Below, piece by piece: positions 7,693-17,949 of a stretch of DNA of 64,000 nucleotides. Source of the stretch: Phycisphaerae bacterium (lineage in GTDB: Bacteria; Planctomycetota; Phycisphaerae; UBA1845; PWPN01); the NCBI GenBank assembly GCA_018003015.1, contig JAGNEZ010000032.1, positions 5,388-69,387 of the forward strand. Direction: 5' to 3'. The translations under genes and the position numbers were made by a program. Position 1 is the first letter of the stretch, and each line of letters opens with the position of its first letter. The notes beneath the pieces are model-generated. The model was not told the origin of the DNA and made no database searches. It was given only the letters and a program-made list of their open reading frames with translations.

Positions 7693-10329
7693 TCACTGCA
7701 CTGTTCCCTGTTTCACCCTCCTGCCCACCGCGGACGAGTCGGGCAATGCCCGCTTCCTGAATGACGAGACCTTCAGTTCAGCGGTGCTCATCCGTATCTC
7801 GATCGCGCCATCCTCGGCAGTGTTGAAGTACTTCCGGCCAGCGACGAGTTGCAGCAGACCGTTGCGAGTATCCGCGTCGCGCTGGCCGGTCGAGCGGATG
7901 CAGTACGTCGGGTCCACCGCCCGGATGAAGGCGGCGGTCGTCTCGTTCACGCCGCCATGATGCGGCAGGATGAGCACGTCGGCCCTCAGGTCATCCGACG
8001 CGATCAGATGATGCTGGGGCAGTTCCTCGATGTCGCCGCAGAACAGAACCCGCTTGCCGCCGCAGGTCAACCGCCAAACCAGGGAGGTATCGTTGGCTTT
8101 CTGCAGGTCCACCCGGTCGCTCCCGGGCGGCCAGAGGACCTCCATGGCGGCACCGCCCGTCCCGGCAAGCCGATCCCCGCGGCTGACCGTCTCGATGAAC
8201 ACCCCGCGGCGACGGAGTTCCTCGATCAGCCGCAGCCCCGGGCCGCTCTTCGTGCCCGGAAGTACGAACCCGGGTGACAGAACCACCCGATCGACCCGCC
8301 GCCGGGCAACGAGGTCTGGCACACCGCAGAAATGGTCCAGGTTCGGATGGCTGATCAGGGCCGCGTCGATTCGCCAGATGTTCTCCCGGGCGAGCAGCGG
8401 TGCCAGTTTGTACCTCTCGACGTCGTACGGCGGTCGGGCCCCCATATCGCAGACCAGAACCTGGCCGTTGGGCAGCTGAAGGAGACTGGCCAGGCCATTG
8501 CCCACCGCCAGAATGTGAACGCGACATTCGTTGCCCGGGCTACGCGGGGCAAGTTGCCAGACCAGCACGACCGCAAACGCCAGTCCGCAGGCCGCGACCC
8601 ATCGCCGCCGGATGCGAAACCACGGCCGCAGTACCCACAAGGCCAGAACACCCGTTCCGCCACAAACCAGCCACGCCGGTACGGCCGGCGTGGCCAGCCC
8701 AGCTCCAGGCCAGGAGGCCAACCACTTGACCAGAGCGATGAGCCAGCCGGTCAGCAGGGCCAGCGGGTATCCAAGCACGTCGGACACCGGTGACAGCACC
8801 AGGCCCAGAACCGCCTTCACCAAGCCGAGGATCTCGACCACGCCGACCAGGGGCAGCACGGGCAGGTTGCTCAGCCAGCCCCACGTCGCCACGCGGTGGA
8901 AATGATGAGCCGCCGGCAACAGGCCCGCCAGCCAAGCCACAAAAGACACCGCCAGGCACGAACCCATCGTCCTGACCGCCCACCGCCGCACGCGCCGGAG
9001 CCTGCCCGGCGGACTGATCCGGTCCTGGATCTCGGGCATGAGCAGCGGATCATCCCGCCGCAACACCCAGTCGACGCCGCTTCGCCCAAGTCGCATGACC
9101 GGACGATAGAGGTACATGATGCCGATCACGGTGATGAACGAGAGTTGGAAGCCGATGTCGAACAACTGAGTCGGTTGGAAAGCGAGCAGGACCAGCGCGG
9201 CCAGGGCCATCCAGTTGAGCGTCCGAGCTGGACGGCGAAGTAGGACGGCACCGCACAGCAGGTTGCCCATGAGCATCGCCCGCCAGATCGGTGGCTGTGG
9301 CTCGGCCACCACCCCGTAGGCGGTGATCAGAACCATGGCCCACACCGCGCAAGACCGTCGCGAGGCCCCAACGACCATCCCCACGAGCCAGACCAGTCCG
9401 AGCAGCATAGCGACATGGGAACCGCTGACGCTCAGGATGTGTACTGTGCCCGTGACCGTGAACGCCTCGTTGATCTCCGGCGATACGGCACTCCGCTGTC
9501 CGAGGACCATGGCGGCCAGCAGTTCCGCACCCGGTTCGTCACCACGAAACGTGCCATCCAACATGGCCGCCTGAACCCGGCGCCGCATCTCGGCGATGGC
9601 CCGATGGCGATTGGCCTCCTTGGCCAGCACCGCGACGTGGGCGGCCCTCTTGCAGACCAGCTGAGCCAGGACCCCTCGACGACGACTGGCCAGGGCAAAG
9701 TCGTATTCGCCCGGGTTCGATGGCGGGACGATGCGGCGCAGCTGTCCGCGCAGGTCGACGCGATCACCCGCAACGACATGCTCGACCGGTTCGCGGACCA
9801 GGACGGCCACCAGCCCGCTGGCCGGAATCTCGCCTCCCTCGCTTGCGATGTGTTCCGCCATGATGTTCATGTGCGTGCAGGGCTTCAACTCCATCCACTG
9901 GACCCGCCCGGAGTCGGGCGATCTGACCAGCGGCGGCGATACGACCGTGCCAATCAGGCGAACCGGAGCCGGTTCGTCGGTGCAGAAGTACGCGATGTGA
10001 TCGGCCCTCCAGTGGCGAAAGCCGATATCGTGCCGCGCCGCGCCAACCGCGAGCCCGGCCAGCAGAACCGCCCAGCATCGCAAGCTGTCACGATGACGAA
10101 AGCGAATCAAGGCCATACCCGCCAGCACGAATACCGCGATCAGAATCGGGAAAGGTACCGCCCACCGGCTGTCTAGCACGACACCCAGAATGAACCCCAG
10201 AGCCGGAGGCAACAGCGGCTGCGCGACCAGCCACTCCTGGAGCAGTTCACGACGCGACCGCACCGGGCGGGGGCAGGGATCCGCGCCGTTCAGAGTCGAA
10301 TCAGAGACCTCGTATATCCGGAACGACAT
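7693..10329 (-). CDS. comEC: ComEC/Rec2 DNA-internalisation channel protein with C-terminal metallo-beta-lactamase domain
   Basis: About 880 aa. N-terminal DUF4131-like region, central polytopic competence domain, and a C-terminal MBL fold (ISHPNLDHFCG ... LILPHHGG). The ORF track starts at a TTG at 10335. The ATG two codons downstream (10329) is preferred. Confidence 0.9.
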   Translation of the reverse strand: MSFRIYEVSDSTLNGADPCPRPVRSRRELLQEWLVAQPLLPPALGFILGVVLDSRWAVPFPILIAVFVLAGMALIRFRHRDSLRCWAVLLAGLAVGAARHDIGFRHWRADHIAYFCTDEPAPVRLIGTVVSPPLVRSPDSGRVQWMELKPCTHMNIMAEHIASEGGEIPASGLVAVLVREPVEHVVAGDRVDLRGQLRRIVPPSNPGEYDFALASRRRGVLAQLVCKRAAHVAVLAKEANRHRAIAEMRRRVQAAMLDGTFRGDEPGAELLAAMVLGQRSAVSPEINEAFTVTGTVHILSVSGSHVAMLLGLVWLVGMVVGASRRSCAVWAMVLITAYGVVAEPQPPIWRAMLMGNLLCGAVLLRRPARTLNWMALAALVLLAFQPTQLFDIGFQLSFITVIGIMYLYRPVMRLGRSGVDWVLRRDDPLLMPEIQDRISPPGRLRRVRRWAVRTMGSCLAVSFVAWLAGLLPAAHHFHRVATWGWLSNLPVLPLVGVVEILGLVKAVLGLVLSPVSDVLGYPLALLTGWLIALVKWLASWPGAGLATPAVPAWLVCGGTGVLALWVLRPWFRIRRRWVAACGLAFAVVLVWQLAPRSPGNECRVHILAVGNGLASLLQLPNGQVLVCDMGARPPYDVERYKLAPLLARENIWRIDAALISHPNLDHFCGVPDLVARRRVDRVVLSPGFVLPGTKSGPGLRLIEELRRRGVFIETVSRGDRLAGTGGAAMEVLWPPGSDRVDLQKANDTSLVWRLTCGGKRVLFCGDIEELPQHHLIASDDLRADVLILPHHGGVNETTAAFIRAVDPTYCIRSTGQRDADTRNGLLQLVAGRKYFNTAEDGAIEIRMSTAELKVSSFRKRALPDSSAVGRRVKQGTVQ

Positions 10330-10379
10330 GGGCAAATGATCCGTGGTCGCTTCTCACTTCGCGGTTCTCGCTCAGCCGG

Positions 10380-13300
10380 TCATCCGTCCAGCTCGAAGAT
10401 CACTTTCGCCCGCAGGAAGACCAGCGACTTCCGTTTCACCGGTCGGTGATAGATCGCCCTCAACGCCTCGGCGTAGGCGTCGATCTGAACTCGATAGAGC
10501 GCGGCTCGCGATGGGACAGCGTGGCCCTCGACGGCGTCAGTCTTGTAGTCAAGAATGTCCAGTCCGTCCGATTCCACCAAAAGCAGATCCACCATCCCGC
10601 GTATCAGCACCACGTCCCGGGCGTCGCGACCGCGCACGAGCGGATCCACTTTGTCCGGTGACACGCGCGAGGTCACCGGCACCTCCCGTCGGACGTCGGC
10701 GGCTCGTCGTCGGACGAGACAGCCGAGATCGCTGTTTAGAAACCAGGCCACGCCGTCCAAGAGCACCCGGCCCGCGTCCTCGGCCGTCATCCGTCCCTGC
10801 TCGATGAGACGCTTGAGCTGGACCACAAGATCCCGTGCGTCGCATGACCGTCCCAGATCGACCAGCTGCAGGAATCGGTGGGTGACCGTTCCGATGTCGG
10901 CCGCATCGGGGATCGCCTCCTGTTCCAGAAACAGGGGGCGAGGAAACAGCCCAGGGCCGGCCGGGCCAGGTCGAGGCATCTCGTCTGGATCGAGCGTCGG
11001 ATCAAGCCGACGCTTCACCTCTGTCACCCGCATCCGAGCGAGGAGTGTGGTCAACTCCGGGCACGGGTAGTGGCTGGTCAGGGCTGCAACAATCGGTTCA
11101 ATCGACTCGTCATCGGCACGCGGCTCGTCGGCCGGCAATGGCTGGAGGTCCGCGAGACGTGCCAGCGGCTCGGCCCGACTGACCTCGACGGCTGGCGGGA
11201 TGTGCCAGGCGTCCGTCGTGGCCCGGTCGTGGACGTAGATCTTGAACAGCGGCGGCGGGCCGGCGGCGTCGCTCTCGCCCGCCCATTCGACGGTGCTGGC
11301 CGGCGCCGAACAGATGGCCGGCAACAGCCAGTCCTGCATCGCCGCCGCCTTCTCCATCTGGTACCGCGAAACCCCGCGGTTCGATCCGCCAGCCCCTGCT
11401 TGCCGATGGCGCAAGGTCGCCACGCGCGCCGGCGACATCCGGCCGACGAGCAGGAGATGCTCGCGCGCCCGGGTCAGGGCGACATACAGCACGCGCAGCT
11501 CCTCGGAGAGATTCTCCTGGCGTATGTGGTCCGCAGCGATCTGGTGAATCAACGTCGGATACCGGATCCGGCGCTCGGGGTCCGCCGCCCGAGGAGCGAT
11601 GCCGTATTGACGGTCGATGAGGATCGTTGCCGTTGCGTCCCGGAGATTGAACCGCTTCTGCAGATCGGCGAGGACCACCACCGGAAACTCGAGCCCCTTG
11701 CTGCCGTGGATCGTCATGATGCGAACTACGTCGTCCGCGGCCGACCCCCCGGATGCCTGCTGTGGGGCGTGCTCGGCCGTTAGCAGATCCTCGATGTACC
11801 GAAGGAAACGCCGCAACCCCTGGCGGGCAAAGCCGCCGAACTCGCGGGCCAGTTCGTGAAGCCGGCTCAGGTGGTCGCGACGCTGAAGCCCCCCGGGGAG
11901 ACCGGAAGCGTAGGCCAGGTAGCCCGTCTCCTCGTACAACTCCCACAGCACCTCCGCGACCGGGTTGCATCGAATACGTTCCCGATAGCGGTCGAGCATG
12001 GCCATTGCCTGGGCCACGCGGTCCCGAAGCGACTCGTCCGGACCGCGATCCGCATACTCCATCACGACCTCATGGAAGGACATGCCGTGGTTCAACAGCC
12101 GAATCTCGAGCAGCTCGGTTTCGTCGAACCGGTCCTTGAGCAGCGGCGATCGCAGCACCGAGGCCAGGGGGATATCCTGCCGGCGATTATCGAGGACGCG
12201 TAACAGACTGACGATATCGTTGAACTCGGTCGTCTCCCACGCTGACTCCTGGCCTTCGACGCGAACCGGAATCCCCATGCGACGGAGAACCTCGGCGATC
12301 GGTCCGGCTTTGTATTGCAGCGAGCGAAGCAAGATGACCACATCGCGATACTGGAGCGGCCGCATGGCCGGCGGGCTTCCCGGCGAGGCCGGGTGATCGG
12401 CGACGTGAAACCGCTTGCCCTCGGGATAGCCACCCATCCACTCGCCTATTCGCCGAGCGATCAGGAAGGCCTCGCGTTCGATGCCCTCCAGCTCGTCGGC
12501 TGCATCCTGGAACTCGGGTCCTCGCTGATCCTCGCCCTCGGCGGACCCGCCCTCGGCTGGTGAAGGTGCCGCCGGCTGCGTGGGCGCGGCGACCGGCTCG
12601 AGGATGTGCATCTCGATCGCCGACCGGTCGAAGACTGCCGCGTCATCGGCCGAATCACCGTCGACACAAGGGGGATGGCTCGCCCCGGCGTGCAGCTCGG
12701 CCCTGTTGTCGTAGTCGCTGCCGCCGAACTGGCGGCTCATGAGTGGGCGGAACACGGCGTTGACGGCGTCGATGACCGCCGCACGACTGCGGTAGTTCTC
12801 CTGCAGCCGGATGACCTCGCCCGGCTTCGTGCCCGCCTCGATCCCATCCTCGCGAGCGGTAAACACTTGCGGCTCGGCCAGGCGGAAGCGATAGATGCTC
12901 TGCTTGATGTCACCCACCACGAAGAGGTTGCCCTCGGGCGGGTCGGCCTTCTCCCGACTGACCAGCTCGAGAATGGCAATCTGCAGCGGGTCCACGTCCT
13001 GAAACTCATCGACCAGCACGTACCGGTACTGGCTCTGCAGCTGGCGGGCAATCTCGCTGGGGCGATCGGGCCGTCCACCTTCGCTCAGCAGCCGGAACGC
13101 GCCGCGCTGCAGGTCCTCGAAATCGATGACCGCCTGCTCGCTCTTGGCCGCCCGGTAGCGCGTGCCGAATTCCGTCGCCAGATCCGCCAGCGTCCGGACA
13201 TGGGGAGCGACCTTCAGCATCCCCTCGCGGTACTCGTCGGCCGTGAACTGGCAGAAGTCGTCATCCAGCCGCTCGTGCAGTCTCTTGAGCTGGTCGCGGA

Positions 13301-14321
13301 GCTTCTTGGCGGCCTCGAACGCCTGGGCATCGCTCTGCGAGAGACTCCGCGGCCGCCTCCTCGAAACCTCGAACTCGAAACCGCGGATCAGATCCGCTGC
13401 CTGTTGCCAGCATTCCGGACTGCCGCTTACCAGCTGGAACCACTCGCGCAGACGGACCGCATGCTCATCGATGGCCTCGGCGTGCATCGCCGCCACCGGC
13501 CAGCATTGGCGAATCGTCGCCGCCAAATCGTCGCAGTACTCCGCCTGGAGCTGCAGCTCACGGCCCAATCGCTCCTGCTGGAGGTGATGGAGGCGGGCGA
13601 CCAGACCCTCGGGGGCACTCACATCCACATTCTTCAACGCCCGGGCCAGCCAGCCGTCAGGCTCCGCCAGGCTGTTCAGGAAGCGGTGCAGGCCAAGCAC
13701 GACCGGAGCGATTGGCTCATCGCGCCCGCCGCCGTATTCGTCCACGAACCTGCGAAAAGCGTCTCCGCGCCCACTCTCCTCGCCGTAGAGATCGGCGAAC
13801 TGGGCCTCGAGTACCTCCCGGCGGAGCAGTTCGGACTCGTCGCCGGCCAGGACCGTGACCTGCGGATCGACGCCGGCCTGTGGGAACCAGCGCTGGATCA
13901 GCGTCTGGCAGAACGAGTGAATGGTGGAGATGCTCGCGTTATCGAGCTGATAGAGCTGTTCGTTGAGCCGCGACTTGTCCGGGCTGTCGCCAAGGTGGTC
14001 AACCCGCCTCTGAATGGCCTTGCCGATCCGGGTCCGCATCTCCTCGGCAGCAGCCTTGGTGAAGGTCACGACCAGGAGTTCGTCCATCTCACACCGTTGC
14101 CCAGCGGGTAGGTCGCACACCAGGGCGGCACATCGCTCCGCCAGCACCGTGGTCTTGCCCGATCCCGCCGCGGCGGAGACGAGTAGACTGCGATCGACGG
14201 TCAACACAGCTCGTCGCTGAGAGTCGCTCAGATGGTCCAGCAGGCCATGACCCGCGTCCACAGGCAGGACACCCGTTCTACGCCGGAGCGCTTCCGACGA
14301 TCGGCGCGGTTCACGAGCCAT
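10380..14321 (-). CDS. addA: ATP-dependent helicase/nuclease subunit A (AddA/RexA, UvrD-like SF1 helicase plus PD-(D/E)xK nuclease)
   Basis: Walker A AAAGSGKTTVLAERC. UvrD-type motifs (VDEFQDVDP, ENYRS, TIHGSKGLEFPVV). C-terminal nuclease motif GMVDLLLVESDGLDILDYKTD. 1313 aa. Confidence 0.9.
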   Translation of the reverse strand: MAREPRRSSEALRRRTGVLPVDAGHGLLDHLSDSQRRAVLTVDRSLLVSAAAGSGKTTVLAERCAALVCDLPAGQRCEMDELLVVTFTKAAAEEMRTRIGKAIQRRVDHLGDSPDKSRLNEQLYQLDNASISTIHSFCQTLIQRWFPQAGVDPQVTVLAGDESELLRREVLEAQFADLYGEESGRGDAFRRFVDEYGGGRDEPIAPVVLGLHRFLNSLAEPDGWLARALKNVDVSAPEGLVARLHHLQQERLGRELQLQAEYCDDLAATIRQCWPVAAMHAEAIDEHAVRLREWFQLVSGSPECWQQAADLIRGFEFEVSRRRPRSLSQSDAQAFEAAKKLRDQLKRLHERLDDDFCQFTADEYREGMLKVAPHVRTLADLATEFGTRYRAAKSEQAVIDFEDLQRGAFRLLSEGGRPDRPSEIARQLQSQYRYVLVDEFQDVDPLQIAILELVSREKADPPEGNLFVVGDIKQSIYRFRLAEPQVFTAREDGIEAGTKPGEVIRLQENYRSRAAVIDAVNAVFRPLMSRQFGGSDYDNRAELHAGASHPPCVDGDSADDAAVFDRSAIEMHILEPVAAPTQPAAPSPAEGGSAEGEDQRGPEFQDAADELEGIEREAFLIARRIGEWMGGYPEGKRFHVADHPASPGSPPAMRPLQYRDVVILLRSLQYKAGPIAEVLRRMGIPVRVEGQESAWETTEFNDIVSLLRVLDNRRQDIPLASVLRSPLLKDRFDETELLEIRLLNHGMSFHEVVMEYADRGPDESLRDRVAQAMAMLDRYRERIRCNPVAEVLWELYEETGYLAYASGLPGGLQRRDHLSRLHELAREFGGFARQGLRRFLRYIEDLLTAEHAPQQASGGSAADDVVRIMTIHGSKGLEFPVVVLADLQKRFNLRDATATILIDRQYGIAPRAADPERRIRYPTLIHQIAADHIRQENLSEELRVLYVALTRAREHLLLVGRMSPARVATLRHRQAGAGGSNRGVSRYQMEKAAAMQDWLLPAICSAPASTVEWAGESDAAGPPPLFKIYVHDRATTDAWHIPPAVEVSRAEPLARLADLQPLPADEPRADDESIEPIVAALTSHYPCPELTTLLARMRVTEVKRRLDPTLDPDEMPRPGPAGPGLFPRPLFLEQEAIPDAADIGTVTHRFLQLVDLGRSCDARDLVVQLKRLIEQGRMTAEDAGRVLLDGVAWFLNSDLGCLVRRRAADVRREVPVTSRVSPDKVDPLVRGRDARDVVLIRGMVDLLLVESDGLDILDYKTDAVEGHAVPSRAALYRVQIDAYAEALRAIYHRPVKRKSLVFLRAKVIFELDG

Positions 14322-17300
14322 GTGAGCCGCCCCCCTTCATCGCGTCCAGCGCGGCTGGCTTCCTGAAGGACTGGAGAACGCGCATCGGCTGTGTTGAAAC
14401 CTCGAACCGGCAGAATGGAGCGAAGTGACAAAACCGGCAGGGCCGCTGCCGACGCAGCCAGTAGGGATAGACGTCGACCCGGCCGTCGAGCAGATCGTCG
14501 GCCAGCTCGCCCATGCGTCTGCCGACGTGGCCGAGCAGCTTCTCCATTCCCTCCGGTTCGACTAGATCGGAGTTCGCGTAGGGCCGGCCTTCGCCGGTCA
14601 ACTGGGCGGCGAGATACATGGATTCTCGATTCGCTCTGGCTGTGCCGTCGAGGCTGTCCAGTCCGTTCACGTCCGCGATTCCGCGCCACAGGTAGCGAAA
14701 CGCCCTCTCCTCGCTGGGATGCTTGACGCTCTGGTAGCCTTCCAGGAGCGGAAGGTAAAACGCGGCGGCCGGTTGAATCGGTCGGCCGGCCAGCGAATGG
14801 CCTCGCTGACGCAGGACCAGCAGGTAGCCAACCAGCTGCAGGGCCAGGCCGTGGTACACGTCGGTCAGATCGAGCTTCTTGTACCGTGCGTCGGTTGTCT
14901 TGTAGTCGACCACCAGCCCAAGGAGCACGTCGCCCAGGTCGGCGAGGTCCACCCGGTCAATCCGTCCACGAAGCTGGATCTCTCGGCCCTTGGGCGTCCG
15001 GAGGACCAGGGCGTCCTTCGCGCCCTGGTAGCCAAAGGACAGCTCAACCTTCCACGGACGGAACCGGCCCACCTTGGCGAAGTCTCGCTGCCAGCGAGTC
15101 ACTCGAGCCATGTACCCGCGATGTCGCCCGGCCAGGAACGCGTGCCGGGCAGCTTCGAGCATCATCTGATCGGCCAGAACCGGCTCGACCTTGTTCGCTG
15201 CGGCCATGATCCCTTCCTCGATGTCCGCATCCTCGAGATCCGCCAAATCGGTGCCGCTCTTCGCCAGGAGCCCGATGAATTCCTCCATGATCGCGTGGCA
15301 GTAGACACCGACGTCCACCTGGGCGAGCTCCGCCTCGGCCCGCGAATCGAGCCGCAGGAAGTACCGGGCGTAGTGGGCGAACGGACACGCGGCGTAAAGC
15401 TCCAACTCGCTGACGCTGCCCACAAACGGCGTTCGCACCGCCCGCTGAACCATGCCGGCACGGAGCCTGGCGTCGTTGCGGTAGCCCAGGCCGGCCAGCA
15501 GCTGCCGGAGGGTGACCGACCATTCCGGCCGGTTCCTGGCCGCCTCGTAGAGCGCGTTCCACTTCCGGCGGCGAGCCTCATCTGTCTCCTGGACCCGCGG
15601 GACACGGTAGCGAAACTCGAGCGCCAGGCGCTCACCCAGTTCACTAACCTGAGTCAGGCCCCGGGCCGAACGGTCCATCCGCGGATCACCGACCTTCTCG
15701 ACCTCCAAGCCCGGCACCGCTTTCAGAATCGGATCGAGGAACGGCGACGGCTGCACCGGCGAGCCATCGGCATCGGCTCGGGGATAGCTGATCCAGAGGT
15801 ATTCACTGGCTCGGGTCAGGGCGATGTAGGCCAGCATGCGCTCATCGAGCATCTGCCGGCGCCGCGAAGATCCGACCTCTACCCCGGCCTTCTCCAGGGA
15901 CTCGCGCTCCGTGTCGCCGAGCAGCGGATCCTCCGACCGGCGCCGCGGGAAATGAACCCGATCGAAGCCCAACAGAATCGTGGCCCGCATCGACGGGTGG
16001 CGGCTTCGCTCGATCGCACCGACCAGAACCTGGTCGAGCGTCGGCGGGGCCAGACCGATATCGAACTCGGCCAGACCGGCCTCGATCGCTTCGCGAACCT
16101 CGCCGATCCGCATCCACTCGCCGCCCAGCGCCTTGACGTACTCGTCGAGCAACTCGACGAAATCAGCCCACACCTGGCGGTGCATTTGAGCTCCGTCGAC
16201 ATCCCCAACCGCTTGCGCCCGGTCCGCCCAGCCGTGCAGCGTCTCGGCCGCCTTCATCGCGTCCAGCCGCTCGAACAGGGCGGTCGCCCACACACGGCCC
16301 TCGAGCTCCTTGGCGGTTGCGGCCACATCCAACCACGGCCCGACCAACGCCAGCCAGCGGCGTCGCAGGCCGTTGATCCGCTCGATCGTCGCCCGCTCCG
16401 GATCACCGAGCCGGCCCTGCTCGTCCTTGTGCTTGAACATCCGCGTGCCCGTCCAGGCTTCGCTCCAGGACGCTCGGCCGTTGATCCCCTGGGCCAATAG
16501 ATAGTTCTCGAGCAGATCGGCATCGTCCGGCGACATGGGCAGCAAGCCGGTCTTGAGTGTCAGACGCACGGAATCGAGCCGACAATGGTCGGTGGCCACG
16601 GCCAGCAGGGCGCGGACCAGTTCGATCAGCGGATGGTAGGCCGTCGGGCGACGGCGATCGATGAAGCAGGGAATACCCTGAGCCCCCAGGGCCGCCGAGA
16701 GCAGATCGTGGTATGGCCCCATGTCCCGCACGATGACGGCCACGTCGCGGTAACGCATCGGCGGAACGGCCGCACGCGTCAGCCGTTGGATCTCGGCGAC
16801 CGCCGCCTCGACTTCGGACCGGCGATCGGGCAGTTCCAGCACCCGGATCGCACCGGTCGAGGACCGCCTCGCTTGCGCCCACGAACCCTCCAGACACAGG
16901 CACTCCTCCAGCCGAGCCAGTTCCGGAGCCCGGAAGCGCGGGGGCCGTTCGTCGTCCAGCCGCACAGGCTCGTCGACGGCCACACCCGCCTCGCGGAACC
17001 GTTTCCGCAGCCGGACCATCGTCCGCTCCGTCCGAGCGAACAGCGAGACGGTCATGCCCGGCAGGTTGTCCGACTGCACCGCCGAGGCGGCCGGGTTCAC
17101 CAGCAGGGCAATCTCCATGACCGCCACCTGCCTGGCGAGCTCGACCAGAACGGTCACCTCCTGGCCGGTGAAGCCCGCGAAACCGTCTACCCACACCTCG
17201 GCCCCGCCGAGCCAGGTGCACTGGGGAAGCCGTTCAGCCGCGAGATTCAGGTACTGGGCCGGGTCCAGCCGGTCGCCCTGAAGGTAGGCGAGGTAGGCCT

Positions 17301-17808
17301 GGTAGAGACGGGCCAGATCGCCCAGCTTGGCCGCACCCAACGGGTTCTCTCGCTCGAAGCCTTCCGCCAGTTGAGTCAGCGCCGAAGGCTCGACCTGCTC
17401 GCGCATCAGCTCGTCGATCGCGGCGGCCACCTGGCGGACCAGGCCGGACTTGTCCGCCACCCGATCGAGAAGCCGCAGCCGGGCTCGCTCGCGATGGATC
17501 AACCGGCGAATAGCCATCTGGCGTCCCAACCGGCCGATAGTCCGATCGCCGCATCGTGGGTCGGTCCCGGTCTCGGCGAAGATGCGGTAGGCCAAACGCT
17601 GAAAGCTCAGAACTTCGCAGCGGGTGAAGCCGGGCAGGTCGGGTGTCTCGATCAGGGCCCGCTCCATCTGGAAGCTGGCCTGCTCCGGCACCAGCAGCAG
17701 CAACCGGTTCCCTTCTGCCGCATCGACGCGAAGCCGTTCCCGTACGGACTCCAGACACCGCCAGGTCTTGCCCCAGCCTGCTCTGCCCACCATGAACCGA
17801 ACCGACAT
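14311..17808 (-). CDS. addB: ATP-dependent helicase/deoxyribonuclease subunit B (AddB) with Fe-S staple nuclease domain
   Basis: N-terminal GRAGWGKT P-loop. C-terminal nuclease VVDYKT. Four Cys arranged as in AddB 4Fe-4S clusters (CPFAHYARYF ... CRFCHFAPFC). 1165 aa. The stop overlaps the addA start by 11 nt. Confidence 0.88.
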   Translation of the reverse strand: MSVRFMVGRAGWGKTWRCLESVRERLRVDAAEGNRLLLLVPEQASFQMERALIETPDLPGFTRCEVLSFQRLAYRIFAETGTDPRCGDRTIGRLGRQMAIRRLIHRERARLRLLDRVADKSGLVRQVAAAIDELMREQVEPSALTQLAEGFERENPLGAAKLGDLARLYQAYLAYLQGDRLDPAQYLNLAAERLPQCTWLGGAEVWVDGFAGFTGQEVTVLVELARQVAVMEIALLVNPAASAVQSDNLPGMTVSLFARTERTMVRLRKRFREAGVAVDEPVRLDDERPPRFRAPELARLEECLCLEGSWAQARRSSTGAIRVLELPDRRSEVEAAVAEIQRLTRAAVPPMRYRDVAVIVRDMGPYHDLLSAALGAQGIPCFIDRRRPTAYHPLIELVRALLAVATDHCRLDSVRLTLKTGLLPMSPDDADLLENYLLAQGINGRASWSEAWTGTRMFKHKDEQGRLGDPERATIERINGLRRRWLALVGPWLDVAATAKELEGRVWATALFERLDAMKAAETLHGWADRAQAVGDVDGAQMHRQVWADFVELLDEYVKALGGEWMRIGEVREAIEAGLAEFDIGLAPPTLDQVLVGAIERSRHPSMRATILLGFDRVHFPRRRSEDPLLGDTERESLEKAGVEVGSSRRRQMLDERMLAYIALTRASEYLWISYPRADADGSPVQPSPFLDPILKAVPGLEVEKVGDPRMDRSARGLTQVSELGERLALEFRYRVPRVQETDEARRRKWNALYEAARNRPEWSVTLRQLLAGLGYRNDARLRAGMVQRAVRTPFVGSVSELELYAACPFAHYARYFLRLDSRAEAELAQVDVGVYCHAIMEEFIGLLAKSGTDLADLEDADIEEGIMAAANKVEPVLADQMMLEAARHAFLAGRHRGYMARVTRWQRDFAKVGRFRPWKVELSFGYQGAKDALVLRTPKGREIQLRGRIDRVDLADLGDVLLGLVVDYKTTDARYKKLDLTDVYHGLALQLVGYLLVLRQRGHSLAGRPIQPAAAFYLPLLEGYQSVKHPSEERAFRYLWRGIADVNGLDSLDGTARANRESMYLAAQLTGEGRPYANSDLVEPEGMEKLLGHVGRRMGELADDLLDGRVDVYPYWLRRQRPCRFCHFAPFCRFEVSTQPMRVLQSFRKPAALDAMKGGGSHGS

Positions 17809-17880
17809 GCGTGCCGCTCCCGCAAGATGGCGGCATCATACCTTGCGCATCAGACGCAAGCGAGCCAGGTATCACCTCCG

Positions 17881-17909
17881 CTGACACAAGACTCCCCTTT
17901 CGCTAGAAT
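17881..17909 (+). promoter_or_regulatory. Candidate sigma-70-type promoter (-35 CTGACA, 17-nt spacer, -10 TAGAAT) for the DUF1559-like gene
   Basis: Hexamers read directly at 17881-17886 and 17904-17909, each 5/6 to consensus, with exactly 17 nt between them. Located 41 nt upstream of the ATG at 17950 in the divergent addB/DUF1559 spacer. Confidence 0.4.
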
Positions 17910-17949
17910 ACGATGGACAACCAGCAGGAAACGAACCCGAGGAAACGGC

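Noticed and set aside
12606-17949. Long plus-strand ORFs opposite addA and addB: 12606-14111 (501 aa), 14719-16500 (593 aa), and 16585-17949, the first 455 codons of the 753-aa ORF.
   Set aside because: All are in codon register with the real minus-strand genes (the same artefact as above). They have Arg/Pro/Gly-dominated composition and lack motifs. addA and addB carry unmistakable helicase and nuclease motifs.
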